DNA from: a virus
Lineage: Duplodnaviria > Caudoviricetes
IMG/VR virus record: IMGVR_UViG_3300028804_000001
Coordinates: 161,629 to 225,628 of that record
Length of the DNA: 64,000 bases
Direction: 5' to 3' (one strand)
A program made the position numbers and the translations under genes. The notes below the pieces were generated by a model. That model was not told the origin of the DNA. It saw only the letters and a program-made list of their open reading frames with translations, and did not search any database. Of this stretch, positions 43,171-51,799 are shown piece after piece. Positions within the stretch are counted from its first letter, which is position 1. Each line of letters starts with the position of its first letter.

Positions 43171-45356
43171 TATGCCAACCTTATAAGTGTGATAGTTCTA
43201 TCGTATATGGTGGAAGTTCCACCGGATACTCTCCAGCGAATCTCGTAAATATCAGTGCCGTTAAAAGTTTGAACAGTCTGAAATGATGCAGATCCGATAA
43301 CTGAAGCTCCTTGACCGCCCGATCCATTCTTAACTGATCTTTCAGTATTGGCAACTTTAGTAGTAGAACCTGTTGGTCCCTTATACAAGTTAACAAATGT
43401 CCGAGCAGCAGAAGTGGCGTTATTTCCCATATGGCAACTAAACATTATCAACCAGGTTCCAGAAGCAGGAGTTCCTGATATCGAGTTCGTAAGAAGACCA
43501 TCAGTTGTTGCACTGGTTGTGTTTGTTGTAGCAGATGTAGTCTCAGAAGATGTCAGTGAAACTGCTAACGTAATTGAGCCGGCGCCATTCGTTGTTGCAT
43601 GTCCATAACCATCAGTGAGAGTAGCTTTTGCTAAAGTATTACCAGTGGTATTACCAATAAGAAGCTGGCCATTTGTATAAGAAGTTTGACCCGTTCCTCC
43701 ATTAGCGATAGCAATGGTTGTCCCATTCCAAACACCTGTTGTAATAGTTCCAACAGAAGTCAGAGAAGAAGATACTACTGTAGAATTCAGCGTAGTGCCG
43801 GTCAACGTTCCTGCTGCTGCAGTCACAGTGATATTCGCAGTCCCATCAAAACTTACGCCATTAATGGTACGAGCAGTTTGAAGTGCTGTTGCCGTGGCCG
43901 CATTTCCAGTAGTTGATCCGGAACTGCCAGTAACAGAACCAGAAATAGGATTTGTTACTGTTAGGTTAGTAAGAGTGCCAACACTTGTTAGTGAGGAACT
44001 AACTACAGTTGCATTAAGAGTTGTACCTGTAAGTGTTCCAGCAGCAGCAGTAATAGTTATATTTGCTGTGCCATCAAACGATACACCATTTATAGTCCTG
44101 GCCGTTTGAAGTGCGGTAGCCGTCCCAGCATTACCACTTACAGAAGTTTGGTCCCCGGTATTAGTTCCCGATAAGTTAGATCCCGTTACTGTTCCTGTTG
44201 CAGCAACACTAGAAGGAGTTATAGCTCCTAAAGTTAAAGTAATTGCGGGAGTAGTAGAAGCATTAGCTACAGATCCGCTTACACCATTAGCAGTAACTAC
44301 AGATACAGAAGTAACGGATCCGCTTCCAACTGCAACCCATGAAGTGTCAGTTCCATTTGTGGAAAGAACCTTTCCACTATTAGTAGTCTGAGAAGGAAGG
44401 AGAGCATTTAATGCGGCATTGGCAGTTGTTTGTCCCGTACCACCATTTGCAATAGCGATAGTTGAACCATTCCACGTTCCCGATGTAATTGTCCCTACAG
44501 AAGTTAAAGAGGAGCTAACAACCGTTGAGTTTAAAGTTGTCCCTGTAAGAGTGCCAGCCGCTGCGGTAATTGTAATGTTAGCAGTTCCATCAAATGAAAC
44601 TCCATTGATGGTACGTGCTGTCTGTAAGGCAGTTGCAGTTGCTGCATTACCAGTCGTACTTCCAGAACTTCCTGTGATAGACCCAGAAATTGGGTTTGTT
44701 ACAGTTAAGTTAGTTAATGTTCCAACTGATGTTAGTGAAGAACTTACTACAGTAGAATTTAAGGTAGTGCCCGTTAATGTGCCAGCTGCTGCAGTTACAG
44801 TAATATTAGCTGTTCCATCAAAGCTTACACCATTGATAGTTCTTGCTGTTTGAAGAGCAGTAGCTGTTCCGGCGTTACCGGTTATGTTTGTTTGATCGCC
44901 AGTATTAGTTCCTGTGATAGCATCCAGCTTCGTCTTATCTGCTGCTGACATAAAACCAGCAATACTGGTAGTTGCGGCAGCATGTAGAGATCCACCTCCA
45001 CGATTTCCATGGGCATGTTGATGGTCTCCTCTCGGAACAAGAGTATTACTAACACCAGCAGAATTAGTTGAATCAGAAAGTTCGGTTATATCACCAGCAG
45101 TTGCTGCGGGTAATGGATCTGCTCCATTAAATGCATGTCTACCAACATGAGCAGAAGCATCTATTCCATCTACAAGATTAACATTTGTTATGGAAAATCC
45201 ACCCATATCAAGGTTGATTCCCATGGCATCTGTATTTGCCTTAAGAAGATATTGAGTATGAGCAGTTAAAGAATCTCTGTTGGAGAGAGCCTGGTGGTCT
45301 GAAGATGCAGATGTTCCACCGCCTCCAGTAGATGGTACAGTTATTTTAACGCCCAT
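43170..45356 (-). CDS. Fibre protein (tail or head fibre) with TARTINGVSFDGTANIT repeats
   Basis: Thr/Gly/Ser-rich; four 54-aa repeats; typical fibre motifs AGFMSAADKTKLD and IAIANGGTG; C-terminal beta domain. Confidence 0.85.
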   Translation of the reverse strand: MGVKITVPSTGGGGTSASSDHQALSNRDSLTAHTQYLLKANTDAMGINLDMGGFSITNVNLVDGIDASAHVGRHAFNGADPLPAATAGDITELSDSTNSAGVSNTLVPRGDHQHAHGNRGGGSLHAAATTSIAGFMSAADKTKLDAITGTNTGDQTNITGNAGTATALQTARTINGVSFDGTANITVTAAAGTLTGTTLNSTVVSSSLTSVGTLTNLTVTNPISGSITGSSGSTTGNAATATALQTARTINGVSFDGTANITITAAAGTLTGTTLNSTVVSSSLTSVGTITSGTWNGSTIAIANGGTGQTTANAALNALLPSQTTNSGKVLSTNGTDTSWVAVGSGSVTSVSVVTANGVSGSVANASTTPAITLTLGAITPSSVAATGTVTGSNLSGTNTGDQTSVSGNAGTATALQTARTINGVSFDGTANITITAAAGTLTGTTLNATVVSSSLTSVGTLTNLTVTNPISGSVTGSSGSTTGNAATATALQTARTINGVSFDGTANITVTAAAGTLTGTTLNSTVVSSSLTSVGTITTGVWNGTTIAIANGGTGQTSYTNGQLLIGNTTGNTLAKATLTDGYGHATTNGAGSITLAVSLTSSETTSATTNTTSATTDGLLTNSISGTPASGTWLIMFSCHMGNNATSAARTFVNLYKGPTGSTTKVANTERSVKNGSGGQGASVIGSASFQTVQTFNGTDIYEIRWRVSGGTSTIYDRTITLIRLA
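43746..44879 (-). repeat. Four 162-nt coding repeats (44718-44879, 44490-44651, 43974-44135, 43746-43907)
   Basis: Near-identical peptide GNA(G/A)TATALQTARTINGVSFDGTANIT(V/I)TAAAGTLTGTTLN(S/A)TVVSSSLTSVGT. Copies are 228 nt apart within pairs and the pairs are 744 nt apart. Confidence 0.9.
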
Positions 45357-45439
45357 GGATATCTAACTATATCGTTCTATCTCTTAGAAAGTACCAATAT
45401 AGGACCTATGGGCTATTATCTCGTGTTAAAAGACTGAAC

Positions 45440-45835
45440 TTATTCAGAGTCTTCTAGAATTCCCAATTCTAAGAGAAGATCTACTTCTCCACCATCCAGT
45501 TCAATCTTTTCGAAATCTTTACCAGTAAATGGTTTAAATTTTTCAATAGTGGCTGGCTGCTGAAGAAGCTCTAAATAGTCATTTTTAAAAAGGGCGAACT
45601 CTTCCGAATCTTCTGGGATAGAGATGTTTTCTCCATCCTCCATAAGATACTTTTCAGATCCGTGCTTCTTAATTATTGCTATTCTTTGCTCTTCTATAAG
45701 AGCACTTTCTTCATTTAATTTTTTACTTAATCTGACGACTCGAGTTTGAACCGGGACAGTCAATTTATTCCCAATTAGCTTCTGCATTACCGGTTTCAAT
45801 TGAAGAACGTTTAATAATTTAAGCTCAAGGTCCAT
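45440..45835 (-). CDS. Small helical phage protein (DUF1617-like), often found beside fibre genes
   Basis: Pattern L.KL...KL...V...V.RL.KKL.EE...IEEQR..IIKKHG...F..DY.ELL; strong SD AAGGAG. Confidence 0.6.
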   Translation of the reverse strand: MDLELKLLNVLQLKPVMQKLIGNKLTVPVQTRVVRLSKKLNEESALIEEQRIAIIKKHGSEKYLMEDGENISIPEDSEEFALFKNDYLELLQQPATIEKFKPFTGKDFEKIELDGGEVDLLLELGILEDSE

Positions 45836-45896
45836 ATAGTGCTCCTTAAAATATGATAATGGGCATTGAAGTGCTCATTGTATATTAAGTCAATAT

Positions 45897-46400
45897 TTAT
45901 CTAGACTCTATCTGAATCTTAGTGTTTGGCTTCAGATAGTTTAAAAGAACAACCTGGTCTGCGGTTGCAAAGATCTTTAAGGATCCTAACTGATCTGCCT
46001 TATCTTCAAGAAGAGATACTAACGAAGAGGTTACATTAGCCCGCGTTATATCAACAATAGGACATTGGACCCACCTATCTTCGAGCATTCTATAATACTC
46101 AACATGCTCACGGTTCCATTTCTTACCGTATAAAATTACATATCCTTCGGGGATCTGGAAGCCGTGCGGTTCTTTATCTACTTCAAATTCAAGGATTAAA
46201 TTATCAGAAAAGGTAGTGGGCTTAGACTCTTCTACCCGAGGTTTTCTTATACCTATAAGAATCTGAACACCATTCATAGGGTTCTTAAGACCATGGAGTA
46301 GTATAAGAACACCTGCAATTATAGTGAAGACCGCAAAGGGTAATGAGAGTAATATAAAGGTTCCCCAGAACCCCAAGACTTTTACTATTTCTGCGATCAT
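45897..46400 (-). CDS. Membrane-anchored hypothetical protein (167 aa)
   Basis: Long N-terminal hydrophobic stretch VLGFWGTFILLSLPFAVFTIIAGVLILL. Confidence 0.55.
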   Translation of the reverse strand: MIAEIVKVLGFWGTFILLSLPFAVFTIIAGVLILLHGLKNPMNGVQILIGIRKPRVEESKPTTFSDNLILEFEVDKEPHGFQIPEGYVILYGKKWNREHVEYYRMLEDRWVQCPIVDITRANVTSSLVSLLEDKADQLGSLKIFATADQVVLLNYLKPNTKIQIESR

Positions 46401-46429
46401 TTAACGATAATGAATGATTAAGAGTATGA

Positions 46430-46450
46430 TGTACTGTATAAGACAGTACA
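46430..46450. promoter_or_regulatory. Intergenic inverted repeat (hairpin or operator)
   Basis: TGTACTGT-ataag-ACAGTACA, perfect 8-bp arms, no T tract. Confidence 0.45.
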
Positions 46451-46460
46451 GTCTATATCT

Positions 46461-49274
46461 TTAACCGAGCTTCATTATTATTAATTCTGGCCCGTATTCA
46501 GTAGTCCCAATAGGGTAGTTTATTCCTAATAGACCAACTGACTCACACCAGTAATCCAGAGATATCTCAGTAGCAACTGAACAGGAGAATGGCCATTCTA
46601 TAGTGCATAAATGAGCATCTGCACCACTTGAATCCACTCTTATATTCTGGCCATTTTTTATATCCTGGTTAGTTGTATGGTTATACAAACGTAGTCTTGT
46701 ATAATTAGTTCCATAGAAACTGCAAGATCCCTTAAGTAAATAATTACCAGGAACTATCGTTACTTTATTGGCATTAACTATAGATGCAATACCAGAACTA
46801 GAAGGATCTACAATTGATTCTGTCCCACCATAAGTTGCAAATGCATTGGTATTGGCACTTGCAGAGTTAGCAACCCCGCCACTTCCAGTAGCCTTAGATG
46901 ATATAAAAGCAACAGTTGCAGTTCTACTCGGGGTTTCAACTGGTAACGGAACAGATGATTTTACAACTACCCATCTAGTTCCTGCAGAATTTTCATCTCC
47001 CCAGCTATTTACCTGGCCATCTTCTTGAGAATATCCTGCCCCATTAGAATTAAAATATACTCTATATCTTCTCGGACTTCCAGAAAGGGGAGCCATGTAA
47101 ACGCCACGTAATGCACTAGCATATTCGTGCCAGTGCATGTATGTTCCACCAACTGGCTGCCATTTACGGTTCTTAATCTTTACCCATAGATCTACATATT
47201 CTCCAGGTTTTGGTTCGTTAAGAAATTCTACATCCTTATATTTTAAAGTTGAAGTTACTGGAGGAACTAATGCCCCTTCTTTCCCATATGCAAAATCGGT
47301 AGTATTATGAGCATCCGTTTCATCACTGTTATAAGCATATTCAATTTTGTTGGGCTCTAATACTATATTACTTGCCCATCCAACAATTGGAATTCCTCTT
47401 ACTATGAAGAAATATCGGACATCCGTATTTCCCATTGTAATAAAACTTGCACCTACTTCATAACCGGAATAACTAAAATCAGTGCTAAGAAGTTTTATAT
47501 TATTGGCATCATATAATACTGGTGTGACTGGATATATATTGCCAGCATTATCAGATGCCCAACCACTTCCAGTTATTCCATAATAAGTTAAACCTGTTGA
47601 AGAAGAGGTAGTTATTTTATCAGTATCTGCAGTATGTCCTGCAGGCAATGGAAATAAATAAGTCCCACTATTAGTGGTCCCGGCAACTGAATGTCTATAC
47701 TCAAATAGTATATCCATAGAGTCGCCAACTCTTCTCCACATTGCTCTCTTGAACTTAGTTCCAGTTCCTTCGATTGGTGGAGTTGCTGTTGAACCTATTG
47801 TTAAATCATATGGTTCCCAATCGCTAATTGCAGATTCTCTATATGGTGATTCAACTGCTAAAGCATTTGAGCTTTTGCGTATATGCCAGCGAGATCCAGC
47901 GGAATATTCCTGGGAGAATGTTCTATAAGTTATGGTATCTGGAGTAACTCTAGCATAATGTCCGCCACGCATCCAAACATCTATTTCATAATCTGATCCT
48001 GGAACATAAGTCCAGTCAACTCCTATCTTACCTATACTATCATCATATCCATGATCCTCCCAGTCTGCAAATTTACCTACTCCATCAACATCAATGCGGG
48101 CTTGAATTTCATCAGTTGGTAATATGGGAGTTTTAAATCGAACTCTCTTTTTATAGATAGTAGTAACTGGTGGAACTAAACTTCCTCTAGATCCCCAAGC
48201 AAAACTGTTAGTATCATTTCCATCATTGGTAGATGAGTTAGAAGCATATTCTACTTTATTATTAGATAGTATAGTTTGCTCATCCCATTCTGTAATAGGA
48301 ATAAGCATCTGTACACTTAGTCTTAAATTATTATTAGCCAGTGAAAATACTGTGCTTCCAACATCATCACCAACTCCAACATCGGAGTGAAAAGAAAAAT
48401 GATCGACATCATAGCCAAATGCCTGTAATGTATACATCGCAGAAACTGCGCCATCATTTATATAACCCTGACCAAGATTACCAGATAAAGAAATCCCAGT
48501 AACAGATTGGAGTGGTGTATAATCTCCATCAATAGTAAGACCGGGTGGCATTGAATATCTGTAATATCCGGATCCCCCAGAAGCACCACTATTGGATGTT
48601 TGTACATAATCATAGATTATAAAAGCAAACTTTCCTCTTCTCCATACATGCGCTATATCTCTACCAGTAACACCTTTTGCTGGATTGGTAGTAGCTGTTA
48701 TACTCGGGGTGTACGAACCCCAATAGCCAGCAGCCATACTTGTTATTAAATCTCTATTGGAGATCTGAACATTATCAACAGATAAAGAAAACGATGTAGT
48801 CACCTTTGCTTTAAATCTAAGTTGATAAGAAACGGCGGAATTAGATTCCCAGGTTACTTCCATTAAACCAAGTCCACCTGGGATAACTGTTAAAGATGGA
48901 ACTATCTCAGAAGTTCCATCCCATATTACAAATTCTACATCTCCAGAATTATAACCGGTTAATCCCTTATAATAGAATTGGATATTTAAAGTTCTATTAG
49001 TATCACCGAGACCGATAGTAAATGGAATGTAGATATAATCATCTACTGCCTGTGATCCATTGGCAGAGAGTTTGAATGAAGCAATGTTCATCAATATCTC
49101 ACCACTGGTAGTAGTTCTAGAAACAGTGAAGTTGGATCCACTATTGGACCAGCCAGAAGTATCTACTTCGGCTCGAGGGTTAGTTATATAGTTAAAGCCG
49201 GCTATAGCATCAAGCTCTGCTTGAGAGGCAAACTCGGAGTCCTGAACGTCTACAAATCTAATCTTGGTGGACAT
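46461..49274 (-). CDS. Fibre / receptor-binding protein (937 aa) with a tandemly duplicated ~295-aa module
   Basis: N-terminal NYITNPRAEVDTSGW carbohydrate-binding-like domain. Repeated blocks KVEYASNS/KIEYAYNS, GSLVPPVTT/GALVPPVTS and SAGSRW...AVESP/SAGTRW...PVETP. Confidence 0.7.
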   Translation of the reverse strand: MSTKIRFVDVQDSEFASQAELDAIAGFNYITNPRAEVDTSGWSNSGSNFTVSRTTTSGEILMNIASFKLSANGSQAVDDYIYIPFTIGLGDTNRTLNIQFYYKGLTGYNSGDVEFVIWDGTSEIVPSLTVIPGGLGLMEVTWESNSAVSYQLRFKAKVTTSFSLSVDNVQISNRDLITSMAAGYWGSYTPSITATTNPAKGVTGRDIAHVWRRGKFAFIIYDYVQTSNSGASGGSGYYRYSMPPGLTIDGDYTPLQSVTGISLSGNLGQGYINDGAVSAMYTLQAFGYDVDHFSFHSDVGVGDDVGSTVFSLANNNLRLSVQMLIPITEWDEQTILSNNKVEYASNSSTNDGNDTNSFAWGSRGSLVPPVTTIYKKRVRFKTPILPTDEIQARIDVDGVGKFADWEDHGYDDSIGKIGVDWTYVPGSDYEIDVWMRGGHYARVTPDTITYRTFSQEYSAGSRWHIRKSSNALAVESPYRESAISDWEPYDLTIGSTATPPIEGTGTKFKRAMWRRVGDSMDILFEYRHSVAGTTNSGTYLFPLPAGHTADTDKITTSSSTGLTYYGITGSGWASDNAGNIYPVTPVLYDANNIKLLSTDFSYSGYEVGASFITMGNTDVRYFFIVRGIPIVGWASNIVLEPNKIEYAYNSDETDAHNTTDFAYGKEGALVPPVTSTLKYKDVEFLNEPKPGEYVDLWVKIKNRKWQPVGGTYMHWHEYASALRGVYMAPLSGSPRRYRVYFNSNGAGYSQEDGQVNSWGDENSAGTRWVVVKSSVPLPVETPSRTATVAFISSKATGSGGVANSASANTNAFATYGGTESIVDPSSSGIASIVNANKVTIVPGNYLLKGSCSFYGTNYTRLRLYNHTTNQDIKNGQNIRVDSSGADAHLCTIEWPFSCSVATEISLDYWCESVGLLGINYPIGTTEYGPELIIMKLG

Positions 49275-49283
49275 TAAAACAAT

Positions 49284-49324
49284 AATGGGGATAAAGGAGC
49301 TCTTTGTACTCCCCTATCCCCATT
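49284..49324 (-). promoter_or_regulatory. Long stem-loop (terminator or RNA-processing site) just upstream of a fibre start codon
   Basis: Minus strand AATGGGGATAGGGGAG-tacaaagag-CTCCTTTATCCCCATT (16 bp with G-U pairs), followed by ATTGTTTTA and the ATG. Confidence 0.65.
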
Positions 49325-49347
49325 TAGACAGAATCGAAAGGTAAAGA

Positions 49348-51186
49348 TTATGCTGTTATATAATCTACCTGGATTGTATCTCCTGAAGGAGGTGCCGATG
49401 TGAAGGTAATCGTATCGGTATCTGTAATTGTAAAGTCTACACCACCACTTCTCATTCTTAAGCCGCGGAGATAGACATGGATTGCATTATCGGTAGCCGC
49501 ATAAGCAGGAGTTGTAAGATCAAATGCTACTGTAGAACCATCTCCAGTAAACACTTGGGTCTTAACCTTGCTGCTTGTAAGAACCGTAGAAGCAACTGCG
49601 ATTGTAATCGAGTTAGTTCCATTGGTAATGTTTATTCCAGAACCAGCAGTCAACGTTCCAGCGGCATAACCACCGCCAGATGCACCGATCATTAACTGGC
49701 CATCTGCGGTAGAGTTAGCAACTACAGTCTGGTTATTAATTTTATAAACATTGCCAGAGCTTAAATTAAAGCCGGCCGCATCAATGTAAGCTTCCTGGTT
49801 ATCAGCAATCTGGAAGCTGATAATGCCAGCTGTTCCAGAAGCAGGGCCAGTTCCAATAGTTACGTTTCCAGAATCTCCACTGGTGGCCTGTCCAGTTCTA
49901 AGAACAATACTTCCAGTATTACCATCAGTGGTAGATGCTCCAGTAGAGATACTAACCTGTCCAGAGTTAGATGTGGTTCCATCTACCTGGCCAGAAGTAA
50001 TCGTTACGAGAGAGGAGTTAGTGCTAGAAGCAGTCTGGTTCTTAGATTGTAAGGTTCCAGATCCACCAACAAATACAATCTCTCTGTTCGTATTATTATA
50101 CGTAAGAGTAGAAGTAAAGGAAGGTGCACCACCAGAGGATGCCGTATAGAGAATAGCTCCTGCGATAGTAGAAGCAGCAGATGCTTGAATTGCACCGCTA
50201 CCATTACCATATAGAACGCCATTGGATGTAAAGCTAGTAGCACCAGTACCACCATCGCCTACAGCCAGAGTTCCAGTAATCGAGGAAGCTCCGAGATCTA
50301 CAGCAAGCTGTCCAGATTCTACAACAAGACCACCATTGGGCTTGAGAAGATCAGAGAATGCAATCTTACTCTGTACAGGAGTTCCAGAAGGATCTCTAAT
50401 GAAGATAATCTGGTCCGCTGCAGAGTTAAGAGTGGTTTGAGTTGTAGCTTCTGTAAGGTCTACATTGATCTGATAACCAACAATATCAATAAGATCGCCC
50501 GGAGTATAAGTAGCCGAAGCATTATACTGAACGAAGTTTTTGGTTTCTGTATCTACGTTAATGTTATCTGGATCAGAGGCATTCGTAGTAGAAAGAACCC
50601 AGGCAGAGCTGGTATTAGTTGTTCCAGCTACTACTAATACAGCATTACCACGAGAGATCTCGTTGGTAGGAGTTCCGTCCATATCATATGCACGGGTCCA
50701 AACGTCCGCGGATGTTCTTACATAAATACCATTGTATTGGCGGCCTTCTCCTGCAGAAGGGCCGGATGTGGAGGTCTCATCTTTAACAAGGATTCTATCC
50801 CCGTTTACAAGAGTTACACCATCGATGGTTGTGGGACCTTCGCCAGAGAACCATGTAATAGTTTTCGCAGAAGTGCTATATGCTCTTTCCCCAGTAGCAG
50901 GAGTGCCGTTGTTGGCAATCATTGTTCCAGAGAGAACGGCATTAGTAGCAGCCCTAACAGCCTCTTTATAATCAAGGCCGGCAGTTACACCATCTACGTA
51001 TGCTTTAGTAGCAGCATCATTGCCAGATACAGGAGCTGCAAGGTTGGTTAATTTATAACCACCAGCATTTCTATCAGCTGACCAGTTAGCGAGTTTAGTT
51101 GAAGCAATACCAGCAGAAGCTGAAATCTCAGCATCGGTAATTGTTGCTGCAACTATATCTAAGTTGCCACGAATTTTTGTTGCCAT
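49348..51186 (-). CDS. Fibre protein (612 aa)
   Basis: KLTNLAAPVSGNDAATKAYVD, GLDYKEAVRAAT, TIDGVTLVNGDRILVKD...NGIY...WTRA, LAVGDGGTG, and C-terminal FTGDGSTVAFDL...ITFTSAPPSGDTIQVDY, all recurrent phage fibre motifs. Confidence 0.8.
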   Translation of the reverse strand: MATKIRGNLDIVAATITDAEISASAGIASTKLANWSADRNAGGYKLTNLAAPVSGNDAATKAYVDGVTAGLDYKEAVRAATNAVLSGTMIANNGTPATGERAYSTSAKTITWFSGEGPTTIDGVTLVNGDRILVKDETSTSGPSAGEGRQYNGIYVRTSADVWTRAYDMDGTPTNEISRGNAVLVVAGTTNTSSAWVLSTTNASDPDNINVDTETKNFVQYNASATYTPGDLIDIVGYQINVDLTEATTQTTLNSAADQIIFIRDPSGTPVQSKIAFSDLLKPNGGLVVESGQLAVDLGASSITGTLAVGDGGTGATSFTSNGVLYGNGSGAIQASAASTIAGAILYTASSGGAPSFTSTLTYNNTNREIVFVGGSGTLQSKNQTASSTNSSLVTITSGQVDGTTSNSGQVSISTGASTTDGNTGSIVLRTGQATSGDSGNVTIGTGPASGTAGIISFQIADNQEAYIDAAGFNLSSGNVYKINNQTVVANSTADGQLMIGASGGGYAAGTLTAGSGINITNGTNSITIAVASTVLTSSKVKTQVFTGDGSTVAFDLTTPAYAATDNAIHVYLRGLRMRSGGVDFTITDTDTITFTSAPPSGDTIQVDYITA

Positions 51187-51190
51187 TTAT

Positions 51191-51799
51191 TTATACCTGA
51201 TAGCGTACACTTATTTTTTCACCTTCGACCAGATAACCTGATTCAAATGTGAGAAGCGTTCCACTAATGGTATAATCGTAGCCAATTCCTCGTGTAAGTA
51301 CTAAACCGCGCCCAACAACAATTTCAGAATATAATATTGGTTGCTGAGAAATACTTATCTGGTTATTCGCAGCCTGTTCTGCAGTGATAATAAAAACTTC
51401 TGGAGGTAACCAGGTTGTACTTCCTCCACCACCTCCTGTCGAAGATGCAGCTAAAGTAAAACCAATCGCATCCCCATTTACAACAGAACCTTCTGATGCA
51501 ACATAGATAGTATCATATACAAAATAATTTCCGGGATCCGATACTAATCCAATCTTATAAATAACCCAGAAGTCAGGATTGGAAGTGGAGAATACTTTAA
51601 AAAACTTACCAAAGGATCCAGCTAGTAAGTATAACTCTCTATCAAGACTCTCAAGGTCTGTTTTAGAAACCATTACCTGAGTGACTTGCTTCGGATCTAC
51701 GTTATTAAAACGTATTCTCCCTATTGTAGGAGGCGCACTTACAGAATCTTCGAATAGATAAGGAAGTGTAAAACTAGATATCGAATCATCCAATGGCAT
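51191..51799 (-). CDS. Fibre-associated/adaptor virion protein (202 aa)
   Basis: Two small beta domains joined by STGGGGGS. The C-terminal GLVLTRG..YDYTISGTLLTF...GEKISVRY resembles the C-terminus of the 612-aa fibre. Confidence 0.55.
   Translation of the reverse strand: MPLDDSISSFTLPYLFEDSVSAPPTIGRIRFNNVDPKQVTQVMVSKTDLESLDRELYLLAGSFGKFFKVFSTSNPDFWVIYKIGLVSDPGNYFVYDTIYVASEGSVVNGDAIGFTLAASSTGGGGGSTTWLPPEVFIITAEQAANNQISISQQPILYSEIVVGRGLVLTRGIGYDYTISGTLLTFESGYLVEGEKISVRYQV

Noticed and set aside
45856-45893. Possible TTGACT promoter and weak hairpin upstream of the DUF1617-like gene
   Set aside because: The -10 at 17-nt spacing (TTCAAT) is poor and the stem has a mismatch; too weak to call.
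43746-48725. Diversity-generating retroelement or CRISPR-like array in the fibre repeats
   Set aside because: The repeats are in-frame coding duplications with synonymous rather than adenine-specific differences; no reverse transcriptase and no repeat-spacer structure.
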